Of a stretch of 64,000 bases of DNA, positions 41,995-51,619 are shown one piece after another. Each line of letters opens with the position of its first letter. Position 1 is the stretch's first letter. Position numbers and translations under genes: made by a program. The stretch spans positions 23,308-87,307 of the forward strand of contig JAWCSL010000001.1 in NCBI GenBank assembly GCA_039090665.1, written 5' to 3'. The notes beneath the pieces were generated by a model. It was not told where the DNA came from, made no database searches, and was given only the letters and a program-made list of their open reading frames with translations. This stretch comes from Candidatus Aenigmatarchaeota archaeon (GTDB taxonomy: Archaea > Aenigmatarchaeota > Aenigmatarchaeia > CG10238-14 > SCSR01).

Positions 41995-43725
41995 CTATGG
42001 AGCACCAAATGAAGATTTTATGAAGTTTACTATCATACCCCAGGCCGCTGCTACTTCACGTAAATAGTATTTTGTTATTCTCTCTTTGAGAGCAAATTCA
42101 TAAGGAATTTTATAAGGAACTTTTGCTCTGAAGAAATTCAATTCTAAACCAAAGAACTCGAAAAATTTTTCAAAAATTTTAGTTATCCTTTCAACAGGAT
42201 TCTCTCCTTTCTCCTTTACTTTTTCCTTTCTTTCTTCTTCAAACTTTTTTGTATACTCTTTCACAAGCTCATCGATATCAACAATTTCTATTCTCTTCTT
42301 TCCCCCATCTTCTTTTTCCAAAACTCCAGCCTCACCTAACATTTGTTTCAAATAAAGTTCAATCTTTTTGTCTTTTACTTCAAGCTCTATCAATCTACCT
42401 ATTATTATATTTTGAGTTTCAAGCCAAGCCGTTAGTCTATCAAACATTAAATCTTCAATTTCAGTTCCATTTGGCAAGCGAATAACAGCTCTTATTACAG
42501 GAATTTCAAAGAACATGAAGTACGGACTAAACACCCAAGCTTCATAGTCTGTAAGACCTGAAACAGATTTTTCAAATCTATTGACAAGTCTTTCTCTTGC
42601 TTTAAAAATCTCTTTAGCAGTAATTTTTATTCCTTTATACTCACTAGAGTTTTCTATAGCTTTAATTATTTTCCTTACAACCTCATCTATAGAAGGCTCT
42701 ACAGGTAAAGCTTTAACCATCCCATCTTTATCTAACAATCCTTCTTCTTTCAATTCTTCTATTTCTTCTGGCGTGAATCCTGCCTCTTCAGCAGGAATTT
42801 TGTCTAAAGGAGTTTCTCTCACAGCTTTGTACTTATCTGGAGCTGCAAAAGGTTTCCAGGCCCAAATGGTAGCAATATCTAAAGACATCGCTTGAGATTC
42901 AGGCTTCCAGAAAGCAGCTCTCTCAAGAAGAGAAGCTATTGCAGGATCGCTAAGTCCATCAACTATGGATTTATATCTTCTTAATGTAGGTTTAAGCATC
43001 TCTTTATATTCTTCATAAGATTTTTTTCTCGCTTCAACTAATCCGATCAAGCTTTTAAACCTTTCTTCCACAGCTTTCTTGAAAAGCTCGTCTCTCCATT
43101 CCTTATAAAGTTTGTTTTTTGTTGCTAGGATTACAGCTTCTGCTTCAGAAACTTTGTGTTTTTCTGCTATTTTCTTTGGTTCAACATCTTCATCATCAAG
43201 CTTCATGAAATCTGCAATAATTGTCGGCCATCTTGCAGCTATAGACCTCAAAGCAATTGGCTGGTTTGGTAAGTCTGTATGAGCATCAACTTGATCTATG
43301 AAAATTGCTTTGAGAGATTGCTCACCTTGTAATCTAAGCTTATCATCTTTCTTTTTCTTACCAACTTCTATCATCTTGTAATAATCCATGAACTCCTTGT
43401 ATTTTCTCAAATCATGTCTCAAGAGCTCTAAGTCCGAAAAAGCTGTGGCTATACTTGCCAAACCAGCTTTTATTATTGCTTCCAACTCTTCTTTTTGTTT
43501 CAGCGTTAGTTGGTAGTATTGTTGAAAAACTGGGCTCACTACTATTTTTTCATCAATTTTTACTCTTTCAAATCCCCACTTTGGAAGCTGGAAAATTAAA
43601 GCCAGAAGAACTCCAGAAGCTTTACCAAGATTTGAGTCTATATCAAGAAAAATGTTACAATCTTTTAGTTGAATGTTAAGGCCGCATCCTGGAGGAATTT
43701 TATCATCTTTCGGATATTCAACCAT
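41995..43725 (-). CDS. Large hypothetical protein (576 aa), first large gene of the cluster
   Basis: A long ORF with no recognisable motif. It lies 10 nt upstream of the next gene. Confidence 0.55.
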   Translation of the reverse strand: MVEYPKDDKIPPGCGLNIQLKDCNIFLDIDSNLGKASGVLLALIFQLPKWGFERVKIDEKIVVSPVFQQYYQLTLKQKEELEAIIKAGLASIATAFSDLELLRHDLRKYKEFMDYYKMIEVGKKKKDDKLRLQGEQSLKAIFIDQVDAHTDLPNQPIALRSIAARWPTIIADFMKLDDEDVEPKKIAEKHKVSEAEAVILATKNKLYKEWRDELFKKAVEERFKSLIGLVEARKKSYEEYKEMLKPTLRRYKSIVDGLSDPAIASLLERAAFWKPESQAMSLDIATIWAWKPFAAPDKYKAVRETPLDKIPAEEAGFTPEEIEELKEEGLLDKDGMVKALPVEPSIDEVVRKIIKAIENSSEYKGIKITAKEIFKARERLVNRFEKSVSGLTDYEAWVFSPYFMFFEIPVIRAVIRLPNGTEIEDLMFDRLTAWLETQNIIIGRLIELEVKDKKIELYLKQMLGEAGVLEKEDGGKKRIEIVDIDELVKEYTKKFEEERKEKVKEKGENPVERITKIFEKFFEFFGLELNFFRAKVPYKIPYEFALKERITKYYLREVAAAWGMIVNFIKSSFGAP

Positions 43726-43750
43726 AATTTAAATTAATTTTTTTTCTGTA

Positions 43751-43912
43751 TTAAGTTTTCAACAAGTAAATCCCAACAGCAATCAAACCAAAGCCTAAGA
43801 TAACTCCAGTGAAGCTAATTTGTTCTGGTTGGTAATCTTTTATTTCAGGAAAGAACATAACTGTCAAAATTCCTCCAAGTAGACAAACTGCACCCAAAAT
43901 TTTGTTTAACAT
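43751..43912 (-). CDS. Small 2-TM membrane peptide (53 aa)
   Basis: The hand translation is MLNKILGAVCLLGGILTVMFFPEIKDYQPEQISFTGVILGFGLIAVGIYLLKT. It is shorter than the 60-aa cut-off of the ORF track. Confidence 0.35.
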   Translation of the reverse strand: MLNKILGAVCLLGGILTVMFFPEIKDYQPEQISFTGVILGFGLIAVGIYLLKT

Positions 43913-44056
43913 CTATTTAATTAATTGAATTCCCAATCCTAAAAAAATTGGACCAAGCAATAGCTGTACTAAAAAAGAATCGTAATCTTCCACCCTACCA
44001 CAATTAAAAGTAAAAACTAAACCAAGAAATATCAAAACCGCACCCAAAACTTTCAT
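43913..44056 (-). CDS. Small 2-TM membrane peptide (47 aa), tandem paralog of the preceding one
   Basis: The hand translation is MKVLGAVLIFLGLVFTFNCGRVEDYDSFLVQLLLGPIFLGLGIQLIK. Its TAG abuts the ATG of the next peptide. It shares the pattern M(K/L)xxLGAV…DY…G(I/L)xLGxGxI. Confidence 0.35.
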   Translation of the reverse strand: MKVLGAVLIFLGLVFTFNCGRVEDYDSFLVQLLLGPIFLGLGIQLIK

Positions 44057-44125
44057 GTTTATTCTTTAAGACAAAGGATTTTAAATCTTTTTATTTTCTA
44101 CCCATTAAATAAATTATGTGGTTGA

Positions 44126-44659
44126 ATGCCGGTTTTTGCTAGAACAAAGCTTGTAATTCAAGATGATTGTTTGGTCCCACAAGCTTCTTTTGCCACAATA
44201 GAATACAAGGGCCCAAATCCCCAAAACCTTTACAATAAAATTAAAGAATTGCTTGTCACAATTTGGAGAGTAGATCCTGGGGATGTTCAAGAGAGAGAAT
44301 TCAGCTGGGATAGAAGCTCAGGAACTGAAAAATTCAGGGTTAGGTTTGAAGCTGTTAAAGACCTTGATACTTTCAGTTTTTTCTTCATAAGGATAAATTT
44401 AAGTGGAGAAGCAAAGCATAGTAGAGAATTTGGAAGAGAAGGAAGTGCAAAAATCGAGCTCGACACTTGTCTTAGAACAGAATATCCTCAAGACACGATT
44501 TGGCAAAGAAGCTTGATTTATGAAATGTTTAGGATGCTTTGGCATAAAGCAATTTATCAGAACACAAGGCTAAGATACTTACAAGAGTGTAGGGAGCTCT
44601 CACATAAGTTTTTAGAAGAAATAAAATCTTTTCTTAACGCTTTACCAAAAAGTTATTAG
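44126..44659 (+). CDS. Hypothetical protein, tandem paralog 1 (177 aa)
   Basis: It is clearly related to the next ORF (IEYKGPNPQNLYNKIKELL vs INYKGLNPIQFYKKLDSNY; REFSWDRSSGTEKFRVRF vs RDFRWSADSEPHPFFIRVF; LRTEYPQDTIWQRSLIYEMF vs LRTEFKLKTGFQQTPLYKAL). Confidence 0.5.
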   Translation: MPVFARTKLVIQDDCLVPQASFATIEYKGPNPQNLYNKIKELLVTIWRVDPGDVQEREFSWDRSSGTEKFRVRFEAVKDLDTFSFFFIRINLSGEAKHSREFGREGSAKIELDTCLRTEYPQDTIWQRSLIYEMFRMLWHKAIYQNTRLRYLQECRELSHKFLEEIKSFLNALPKSY

Positions 44660-44667
44660 TGTAAATT

Positions 44668-45183
44668 ATGCCGAGTTGGATTGTTGAAGACGATATTCTT
44701 GCACCAAGGAATAAGATTGAAATAAATTACAAAGGATTGAACCCAATTCAATTTTACAAGAAACTTGATAGCAATTATTTTCAAACAAGATTTGAAGTTG
44801 GAGGTACAGACTATATGGAAAGGGATTTCAGATGGAGTGCTGATAGCGAACCACACCCTTTTTTCATAAGAGTTTTTGTTCACAAAGGCTATGATAACTA
44901 CACTGAAGCGTGGTTCGAAATTCTATTTCAAGGAGTTCAACCTTCTGATCCAACAAAAGAGGGAAACGTGAAGATAACAATAGGCGGGAACTTGAGGACA
45001 GAATTCAAACTTAAAACAGGCTTCCAGCAAACTCCTTTGTACAAAGCTTTGCTTTGGCTTTACATAAAAATTTTCTATGCAAATGTGAGGAGAAGCTATT
45101 TGAAAGATGCACAAAAAAGGATTGAGTTGCTTGTGAAAGAAATAAGAGAATGGGCAGGAATGCCGGAGGTTGTTTATGTTTAG
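44668..45183 (+). CDS. Hypothetical protein, tandem paralog 2 (171 aa)
   Basis: See paralog 1. The two genes are 8 nt apart. Confidence 0.5.
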   Translation: MPSWIVEDDILAPRNKIEINYKGLNPIQFYKKLDSNYFQTRFEVGGTDYMERDFRWSADSEPHPFFIRVFVHKGYDNYTEAWFEILFQGVQPSDPTKEGNVKITIGGNLRTEFKLKTGFQQTPLYKALLWLYIKIFYANVRRSYLKDAQKRIELLVKEIREWAGMPEVVYV

Positions 45184-45391
45184 TTGGTTCAAGAAAAAAG
45201 AGAAGCCTTTGCCACCAGAATCTCTTAAGCCCTTGGAGCCTTTAGAACCTTTAGAACCTAAACCTGAAGTAAATAAAATCCCGACAGAGCAAAAAATTGA
45301 ATTGCTTTTAGCGCAAATTGAAGCGATGAATGAAAGATTGAAGAATATTGAAAGAATGGTGGAAGAAATTTATAAAATAGCAAAGGGTTAA
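45170..45391 (+). CDS. Small protein with PLEPLEPLEP repeat and C-terminal coiled coil
   Basis: An ORF of 73 aa. Its first 14 nt overlap the previous gene. Confidence 0.3.
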   Translation: MFMFSWFKKKEKPLPPESLKPLEPLEPLEPKPEVNKIPTEQKIELLLAQIEAMNERLKNIERMVEEIYKIAKG

Positions 45392-45416
45392 TTCTCTGTC
45401 TTTTCAATATAGAATT

Positions 45417-46571
45417 ATGATAATTGGCATTTGTGGAAAAACAAATGTGGGTAAATCAAGCTTTTTCAAGGCAGCCACTTTAATTGATGTTGAAATTGCA
45501 AATAGGCGCTTTGTTACAATAAAACCAAATTTTGGAATAGGTTATGTTATAACCGATTGTGTTTGCAAAGAGTTTGGAGTAAAGTGCAATCCGAAAAATA
45601 GCATTTGTAAAAATGGGAAAAGGTTCATTCCAATACAGCTTGTAGATGTTGCTGGTTTAATTCCAGGAGCTCATGAAGGAAAAGGTCTTGGGAACAAATT
45701 TCTTGACGATCTGAGACAAGCTTCTGCTTTCATTCATATAGTTGATGCTTCTGGCTTGACAGACCAAGAAGGGAATCCAACTAAAGGTTATGATCCGAGC
45801 TTTGATGTAAAATTTGTTAAGGAAGAGATAGAATTGTGGTTTGCTGATGTAATAAAAAGAGCTTTGAGTAAAATTGTGAAAGCTCAATCTAGAACTGAGC
45901 TAGTTCAGCTTTTGACAGAACAGCTTAGCGGGCTTGAAATCAGAAAAGAGCATATAGAAGCAGCTTTGGAAAAAGTTTGGATAAGTGATGTTGAGAAGTT
46001 TGCAAAGGAAATAAGGAAGATTTCTAAACCAATGCTAATAGCTGCCAACAAGATTGATTTACCGGAAGCTCAAGAAAATTTGGAAAAATTGAAAAAAGAA
46101 TTTCCAGACTTGATGATAATTCCAACTTCAGCTGACTATGAGATTGCTTTGAGGAAGGCTGCTGAAGCTGGGCTGATAGATTATTTGCCTGGTAATGGTT
46201 TTAAGGTTCTTGATGAAACCAAGCTGAGCGAAACACAAAAGAAAGCTTTGGAAAAGATAAAGGCTTTGATTGAAAAGTATGGTTCTACAGGAGTACAAGA
46301 TTGTTTGAATAAAGCTGTTTTTGATTTGCTTGGCTACATTGTGGTTTATCCTGTTGAAGATGAGAACAAGCTTTGCGATAAGCATGGCAATGTTTTGCCT
46401 GATGCTTTGTTGATGCCAAAGGGTTCTACTGCTTTGGATTTGGCTTTCAAAATTCATACAGAAATTGGTGAGAAATTCATTTGTGCGATAGATGCTAGGA
46501 GCAAGAGAAGGCTTGGAAAAGATTATGTTCTTAAGGATAAAGATGTGATAAGGATAATGGTGGCAAAGTAG
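45417..46571 (+). CDS. Obg/YchF-family GTPase with C-terminal TGS domain
   Basis: G1 is GICGKTNVGKSSFF and G3 is DVAGLIPGAHEGKGLG. The C-terminal …DYVLKDKDVIRIMV is TGS-like. A Cys cluster insertion is present (CVCKEFGVKCNPKNSICKNGK). Confidence 0.7.
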   Translation: MIIGICGKTNVGKSSFFKAATLIDVEIANRRFVTIKPNFGIGYVITDCVCKEFGVKCNPKNSICKNGKRFIPIQLVDVAGLIPGAHEGKGLGNKFLDDLRQASAFIHIVDASGLTDQEGNPTKGYDPSFDVKFVKEEIELWFADVIKRALSKIVKAQSRTELVQLLTEQLSGLEIRKEHIEAALEKVWISDVEKFAKEIRKISKPMLIAANKIDLPEAQENLEKLKKEFPDLMIIPTSADYEIALRKAAEAGLIDYLPGNGFKVLDETKLSETQKKALEKIKALIEKYGSTGVQDCLNKAVFDLLGYIVVYPVEDENKLCDKHGNVLPDALLMPKGSTALDLAFKIHTEIGEKFICAIDARSKRRLGKDYVLKDKDVIRIMVAK

Positions 46572-46765
46572 ACTTTTGCCTATTGTGAATCAATAGAAGT
46601 GTAAGAAGAACCTAAAGGTAAATAATTTCTAAAATCCAAATTACTTATTGAATGGTTGTACTCAAGAAAAGGTTTCGTGGCGTTAGACAAAGCTTAAAAA
46701 GAGCAAGAGCTTACTTGGATAGAAAAATTTACAACAAGTTTTGGAGGTACTTGAGGAGGAAGTGA

Positions 46766-47560
46766 ATGCCGAGGGCAATCTTCACGGGAGCAATTTCTTT
46801 CGGCCTCGTTCATATTCCGATCAGAATTTACACTGCTACTGAATCAAAAGAAATAGAGTTTCACAATTTGTGTCCTGAATGTCTTTCGCCTTTGGAATAC
46901 AAGAGATGGTGTCCAAAATGTCAGAAAGAAGTTGCTTGGCAAGATGTAAAGAAAGGGTTCAAGATTTCAAAAGAAAGATGGGTTGTTCTTGATAAAGAAG
47001 AAATAGAAAAGCTCAAGCTACCAAGCACGAAAGCCTTAGAAATTCAAAGCTTTATTGATGTTTCTCAAATAGACCCAATTTTCTTCCAGAAAGCTTACTA
47101 TGTTGTTCCTGAGGAGGGAGGAGAAAAACCTTATTCTCTGCTTGTAGAAGCTCTAAGGCTTGCGAACAAAGCAGCAATTGGCAAAGTGGTTTTGAAGAAT
47201 AAGGAATACTTAGTTTGCTTGAGGCCTTTTAAGAAAGGGTTGGTCATGCACTTGCTTTACTTCTTGCGTGAAATTAAAGATATAGAAGAGTTGCCCGAAC
47301 TTAAGAATTTGGTCGTTGTTAGCAAAGAAGAGCTCGAGTTGGCAAAAGCTTTGATAAGCAAGCTTACAGAAGAAGAGTTTGATGCCAGCAAGTTTAAAGA
47401 TGAGTATACTGAAAAACTGAAAGAACTGATAAAAGCTAAGGCTGAAGGTAAGGAAGTTGAAATCAAAGCTGAAGAGAGAGTAGCGGAAGCTAAAAGTCTT
47501 ATGGAAGCCTTGAAAGCAAGCGTTGAACAAGCGAAGAAGAAAAAAGTTGAAGAGAAATAA
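46766..47560 (+). CDS. ku: Ku DNA end-binding protein with an inserted zinc-ribbon
   Basis: IFTGAISFGLVHIPIRIY is the Ku core N-terminal β-strand motif. A CPECLS…CPKCQ insertion follows. The C-terminus is K/E-rich. Confidence 0.8.
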   Translation: MPRAIFTGAISFGLVHIPIRIYTATESKEIEFHNLCPECLSPLEYKRWCPKCQKEVAWQDVKKGFKISKERWVVLDKEEIEKLKLPSTKALEIQSFIDVSQIDPIFFQKAYYVVPEEGGEKPYSLLVEALRLANKAAIGKVVLKNKEYLVCLRPFKKGLVMHLLYFLREIKDIEELPELKNLVVVSKEELELAKALISKLTEEEFDASKFKDEYTEKLKELIKAKAEGKEVEIKAEERVAEAKSLMEALKASVEQAKKKKVEEK

Positions 47561-47562
47561 TT

Positions 47563-48534
47563 ATGAGCCTTTGGAATAAAACGATAAAACCAATGCTTGC
47601 TGAAATTGCTAAGCCTTTTAGTGATGAGAAATTCTGCTTTGAGATAAAGTTTGATGGTACTAGAACAATAGCTTACATAGACAAGCAGAAAAAAGAAGTA
47701 AGGTTTTTAAATAGGCGTGGCATATGGTTTCAAGACCGCTACCCCGAGATGAAAGAGCTTTGGAAAGATGTGGAAGCAGAGCAAGTAATTCTTGATGGTG
47801 AGCTTGTTGTTTTTAATCAAGGAAAGCCTGATTTTTACCTTTTGGCTGAAAGGGAGCATGTTGGAAGCAAAGCTAGAGCTGAAATTTTATCAAGGCTTAA
47901 TCCTGCCACGCTTGTTGTTTTTGATGTTTTGCATTTGGATGGAAAAGATTTAGTTGATCTTCCTTTGATTGAAAGAAAGAAGATTTTGGAGAAAATTGTG
48001 AAAGAGAGTGAAAGAGTTTTGATTTCAGCTTATGTTATTGGTGAAGGTGAAAAATTTTTTGAAGAAGTTAAGGCTAAAGGTTTTGAGGGTGTGATGGCAA
48101 AGAGGCTTGATTCAAAGTATGAAATTGGAAGAAGAAGCAAGAATTGGCTGAAGATCAAAGCTTTAAACAGCTTGGATGCAATAATTTGTGGTTATACTTT
48201 AGGTGAAGGTAAGCGCGAGAAATACTTTGGGGCTTTGTTGCTCGGAGCGATACATGAAGGCAAGCTTAGGTACATTGGACGCGTGGGCACAGGCTGGCAG
48301 GAAAAAGATTTGGAAGAGCTAACTCAAAAACTTAAAAAAATTGAAATTGAGAAAAATCCTTTTGATGTTTTTGAAGAAGAGCCTTCTATTCTTGAAAAAG
48401 TTAAGTGGGTAAAACCAAAGCTTGTTTGTGAAGTTCAGTTTTTAGAGCTAACAGAAGATTTGAAGCTGAGAGCACCAAGCTTCAAGAGGTTGAGGGAAGA
48501 TAAAGCTGCAGAAGAATGTAGCTTAGAAGTTTAA
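47563..48534 (+). CDS. ATP-dependent DNA ligase (LigD ligase-domain-like, 323 aa)
   Basis: Motif I is EIKFDGTR (KxDG), motif IV is EGVMAK and motif V is NWLKIK, with an OB domain following. It starts 2 nt after the ku stop. Confidence 0.85.
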   Translation: MSLWNKTIKPMLAEIAKPFSDEKFCFEIKFDGTRTIAYIDKQKKEVRFLNRRGIWFQDRYPEMKELWKDVEAEQVILDGELVVFNQGKPDFYLLAEREHVGSKARAEILSRLNPATLVVFDVLHLDGKDLVDLPLIERKKILEKIVKESERVLISAYVIGEGEKFFEEVKAKGFEGVMAKRLDSKYEIGRRSKNWLKIKALNSLDAIICGYTLGEGKREKYFGALLLGAIHEGKLRYIGRVGTGWQEKDLEELTQKLKKIEIEKNPFDVFEEEPSILEKVKWVKPKLVCEVQFLELTEDLKLRAPSFKRLREDKAAEECSLEV

Positions 48535-48613
48535 AAAAATAATTAATTTACTTCGTTAGGTTTGTAGAGAAAATAGCCTATATGCTTTTAAATTCAGAAA
48601 AGAAAAATATCAC

Positions 48614-49102
48614 TTAAGATTTTTTCAGTTTTTTGAAAATCAGGAAAACCACAACTATACAAATTGCTATACTCGCAATCAAAATTACATATTGGTATAA
48701 AGGAATACTTTTTGTGGGACATCTTAACCTTCTATCAACTACACACTGGAAAGAGTTTCCATTAGGGTATGTTATGCTTATATTCCATGTATAGTTAGCA
48801 TCAGAACTTACAGAAGCTTCAGCAAAACTAAAGCTTCCTGTAAAATTACATTCAAATTCTTTTCCAACGTCCCATCGATCAACTAAATAATTGCAAGTGT
48901 AGTTTTTAGTTTCCCACCAATTCTTATCAAGTGGTTTGTTTACACCTATTCCAAGCCATCTTAAGTAGGGGTCGTCAGTACCTAGAATTTTAACTTTTAC
49001 ACTAGAAGCTGTGGTTGATCCATTAACTAAAGAAAGAGGTAAAACAATTAGAAGAAAAATAATGATACTTATAACAACTTTATTTTTTATCTTTTTTATC
49101 AT
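48614..49102 (-). CDS. Membrane-anchored extracellular protein (signal/TM at N-terminus, TM at C-terminus)
   Basis: Hydrophobic termini. Cys-containing N-glyco-like sequons are present (NYT, NFT, NIS). Confidence 0.4.
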   Translation of the reverse strand: MIKKIKNKVVISIIIFLLIVLPLSLVNGSTTASSVKVKILGTDDPYLRWLGIGVNKPLDKNWWETKNYTCNYLVDRWDVGKEFECNFTGSFSFAEASVSSDANYTWNISITYPNGNSFQCVVDRRLRCPTKSIPLYQYVILIASIAICIVVVFLIFKKLKKS

Positions 49103-49236
49103 TAATTATTAATTATGTTCAGCCCAATAAATAATAAATAATTTACTTCACAAGGAAGCCGCTTTTTTATAGCATCAACCCAATCTTTTTTACTCATCCA
49201 GTGTTTGAATTCAAATTCAATTTTTTCTTCTTTCCC

Positions 49237-49545
49237 CTATGACAAATAAGTTACAACAATCTTTTGCCATGAGAGCAGTTTCGTGCCTATATGTTCTACA
49301 TTTCTAATATTTTCAAGTGGTATAGAAACACTGTCTTTTGTTTCTCTTATCAATTTTTCCATCTCTTCTAGTGAAATTTTTCCTCTAGCTAAAAGTCTGT
49401 GAGCAAGTTCACCTCTACCGAAGAAAAACATTTGTGCTTCTTTGTGAGGGGCTACCCACACTAGCCTTTTATTTGTCAAAATCAAGTGACCTGGTCTTAA
49501 AGTTAGCGCACCAATTCTTTCTAATAATTTCTCCTTCTATTTTCA
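49237..49545 (-). pseudogene. Bacterial-PH/GRAM-like domain protein with apparent frameshift
   Basis: GHLILTNKRLVWVAPHK… resembles the bPH_2 core. A likely N-terminus MKIEGEIIRKNWCANFKTR is in another frame just upstream. Confidence 0.3.
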
Positions 49546-49576
49546 TCACCCTATTCAAGCGATTAAAGTAGTGATA

Positions 49577-49930
49577 TTATAATTTTTTTTTCAAGATCAT
49601 TGGAAGAAAAACTATTCCGATTACTGCCCCAATTACTATTCCGACTAGTGTTGCAACTACAATTATTCCCAACGCTTTCCCCATGGAGACTTTATGTAAG
49701 ATTGAGATGCCTATGAGCATTATGTAAATCCCATACAAAATTCCTACTATGTTGACAAAAGGTATCCATCCCAGTAGGAATGAAGGAGTAGAAGAAATAG
49801 CAACTGCTGTCATGGTAGAAGGAAAATTTCCCTCCCCACCAAATATTTTGATAAATATATGGAGGTAAAGAGCTCCTATAATAAAGCTTATCAATAAAAT
49901 AAGGATTACTCCCAAAAAAGAAAAATACAC
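49577..49930 (-). CDS. Small polytopic membrane protein (Yip1/DUF-like)
   Basis: 117 aa with 3-4 TM helices. A possible upstream extension is in another frame. Confidence 0.35.
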   Translation of the reverse strand: MYFSFLGVILILLISFIIGALYLHIFIKIFGGEGNFPSTMTAVAISSTPSFLLGWIPFVNIVGILYGIYIMLIGISILHKVSMGKALGIIVVATLVGIVIGAVIGIVFLPMILKKKL

Positions 49931-50263
49931 CTAATCCCATCAAAATTTGTAAGAACCTAAATCCTAATAATCCTCCTATAGCCATATTGGTAAGGATTGG
50001 TTAATAAAACTGTGTATATAAGAGAAAAGATGGTAATGTATACCAAAGCCAAAGAGTCTACTATAGAAGGTTTAATTCGACTAAATAGTTGTGAAGGAGA
50101 AAGAATAGCATCCCTTACAGTTGAAACAAAATTCTCTAAGATGTTGTCTCAAAATTAACTCATTCTAAACACAAATTATAAGTCTAGACAGGTGTGTAGA
50201 GGAGGTATCCACTATGGTACTAGATGGAATTTTGTAATTTCTACCTTGATTACATTATCAGTA

Positions 50264-51031
50264 TCATTCACTCACAGTTGATGGTAGTTCAAATTCGGTA
50301 TCCGGTGGCGCCTCTAAAATAAACTTAGTTGTACTTGCTGTTACTTTGCTTGTGACCAAACTTTCTTTACCCTCTTCTATCAGTTTGACAGAAATTTCTG
50401 CTATTGTTTCCAAAACTAGACTGAATTCTTTATCCACACATTCTGTGACAAGATATTTTTCATACTTTACCTGATTTCCAGTAATTTCAAACACCTTGAG
50501 TAAGGAATTTACAACGTTCGTGAAATCCATTTTATGACAAACACAATTTCTTTTTGACACTTCTTTTTCCCAAGTATTAGTTATTGGAATTTTCTCCACA
50601 TATTTTTCTAAGAAAGTTTCTGGAATTTTGTTAACTTTCTCTATTGTTTTTTCAATACCTTCCGACATTCCCACGAATTTACAAGACCAAACTTCCTCTA
50701 TTTTCTCACACTTATAAATCTTGTTGCCAATCCAAAAAGAGCAACTCTCACTCATATCTGGTAATATTTCGCATATTTTAAGTTTATCACCATTTCTAAT
50801 GATTTTCTTTTTCACATTTAAGTAATTGAAGCTGAAAAGATTCCAATACAATTCTTCCTTTCCACCTACATCACCTTCAATTTTTTCTTCTGTCTCCCAC
50901 TGAAATTTTTCAGGAAAATTTACTTTTTTCATCAATCCTTCTGAGAAAATGTGAGGTTTAGTTAAGACAATATATGTAGCCAAACCTGTTACCAAAAGAA
51001 GCCCAATTATTATCAATAGTACTATTCTCAT
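50264..51031 (-). CDS. N-terminally anchored extracellular hypothetical protein
   Basis: A TM helix MRIVLLIIIGLLLVTGLATYIVL is followed by a 230-aa domain with 8 Cys. Confidence 0.45.
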   Translation of the reverse strand: MRIVLLIIIGLLLVTGLATYIVLTKPHIFSEGLMKKVNFPEKFQWETEEKIEGDVGGKEELYWNLFSFNYLNVKKKIIRNGDKLKICEILPDMSESCSFWIGNKIYKCEKIEEVWSCKFVGMSEGIEKTIEKVNKIPETFLEKYVEKIPITNTWEKEVSKRNCVCHKMDFTNVVNSLLKVFEITGNQVKYEKYLVTECVDKEFSLVLETIAEISVKLIEEGKESLVTSKVTASTTKFILEAPPDTEFELPSTVSE

Positions 51032-51619
51032 TGTTTATTTAATTTATTTTTGATTTGAATAAATAAATACTAACATTAGTTCCAAATTAGAACGAAAAAT
51101 TCAAATGTTCTTATATAGAACTTATCTGGAAATCTTAAAACTTCTTAATAAGTTGGTGGGAAAGTGGTGAAAATCAAAGGAAAAAGCACGTGAGTACAAG
51201 AGAAAGGTCTTCGAGAGTGCGAAAAAGACATTTTTCAATTACAGACAAATTCTCCTTTTGAATGGATTACGCAGAAGAGGAAAGACTACTATCATTTTTC
51301 AATTAATAGAAGAGATCGACTTCTTGAAGTTGAATGATAAGTTTTGCCAATAGAAGTAAAGGAAAAAGAGACTATAAACAAAAAAGATATTGCAACATTG
51401 CTTTATTTCATGAAAAAATTCGAAGTAAGTAAAGGAGTAGTTGTATAATGGAAAAGAAGAAACTATAGAGATAAATAAAAGAAAAATAATACTTTTGCCG
51501 ATACACAAACTTCTTTTCAATTTCAGCTTGGCAACTTCGAAAAAAATTGTGGAGCTTTTTGACAATTTTCGATAAGCAGTGGTCAAAAGAATTTTATTGT
51601 AAAAATTCAATTAATAAAT

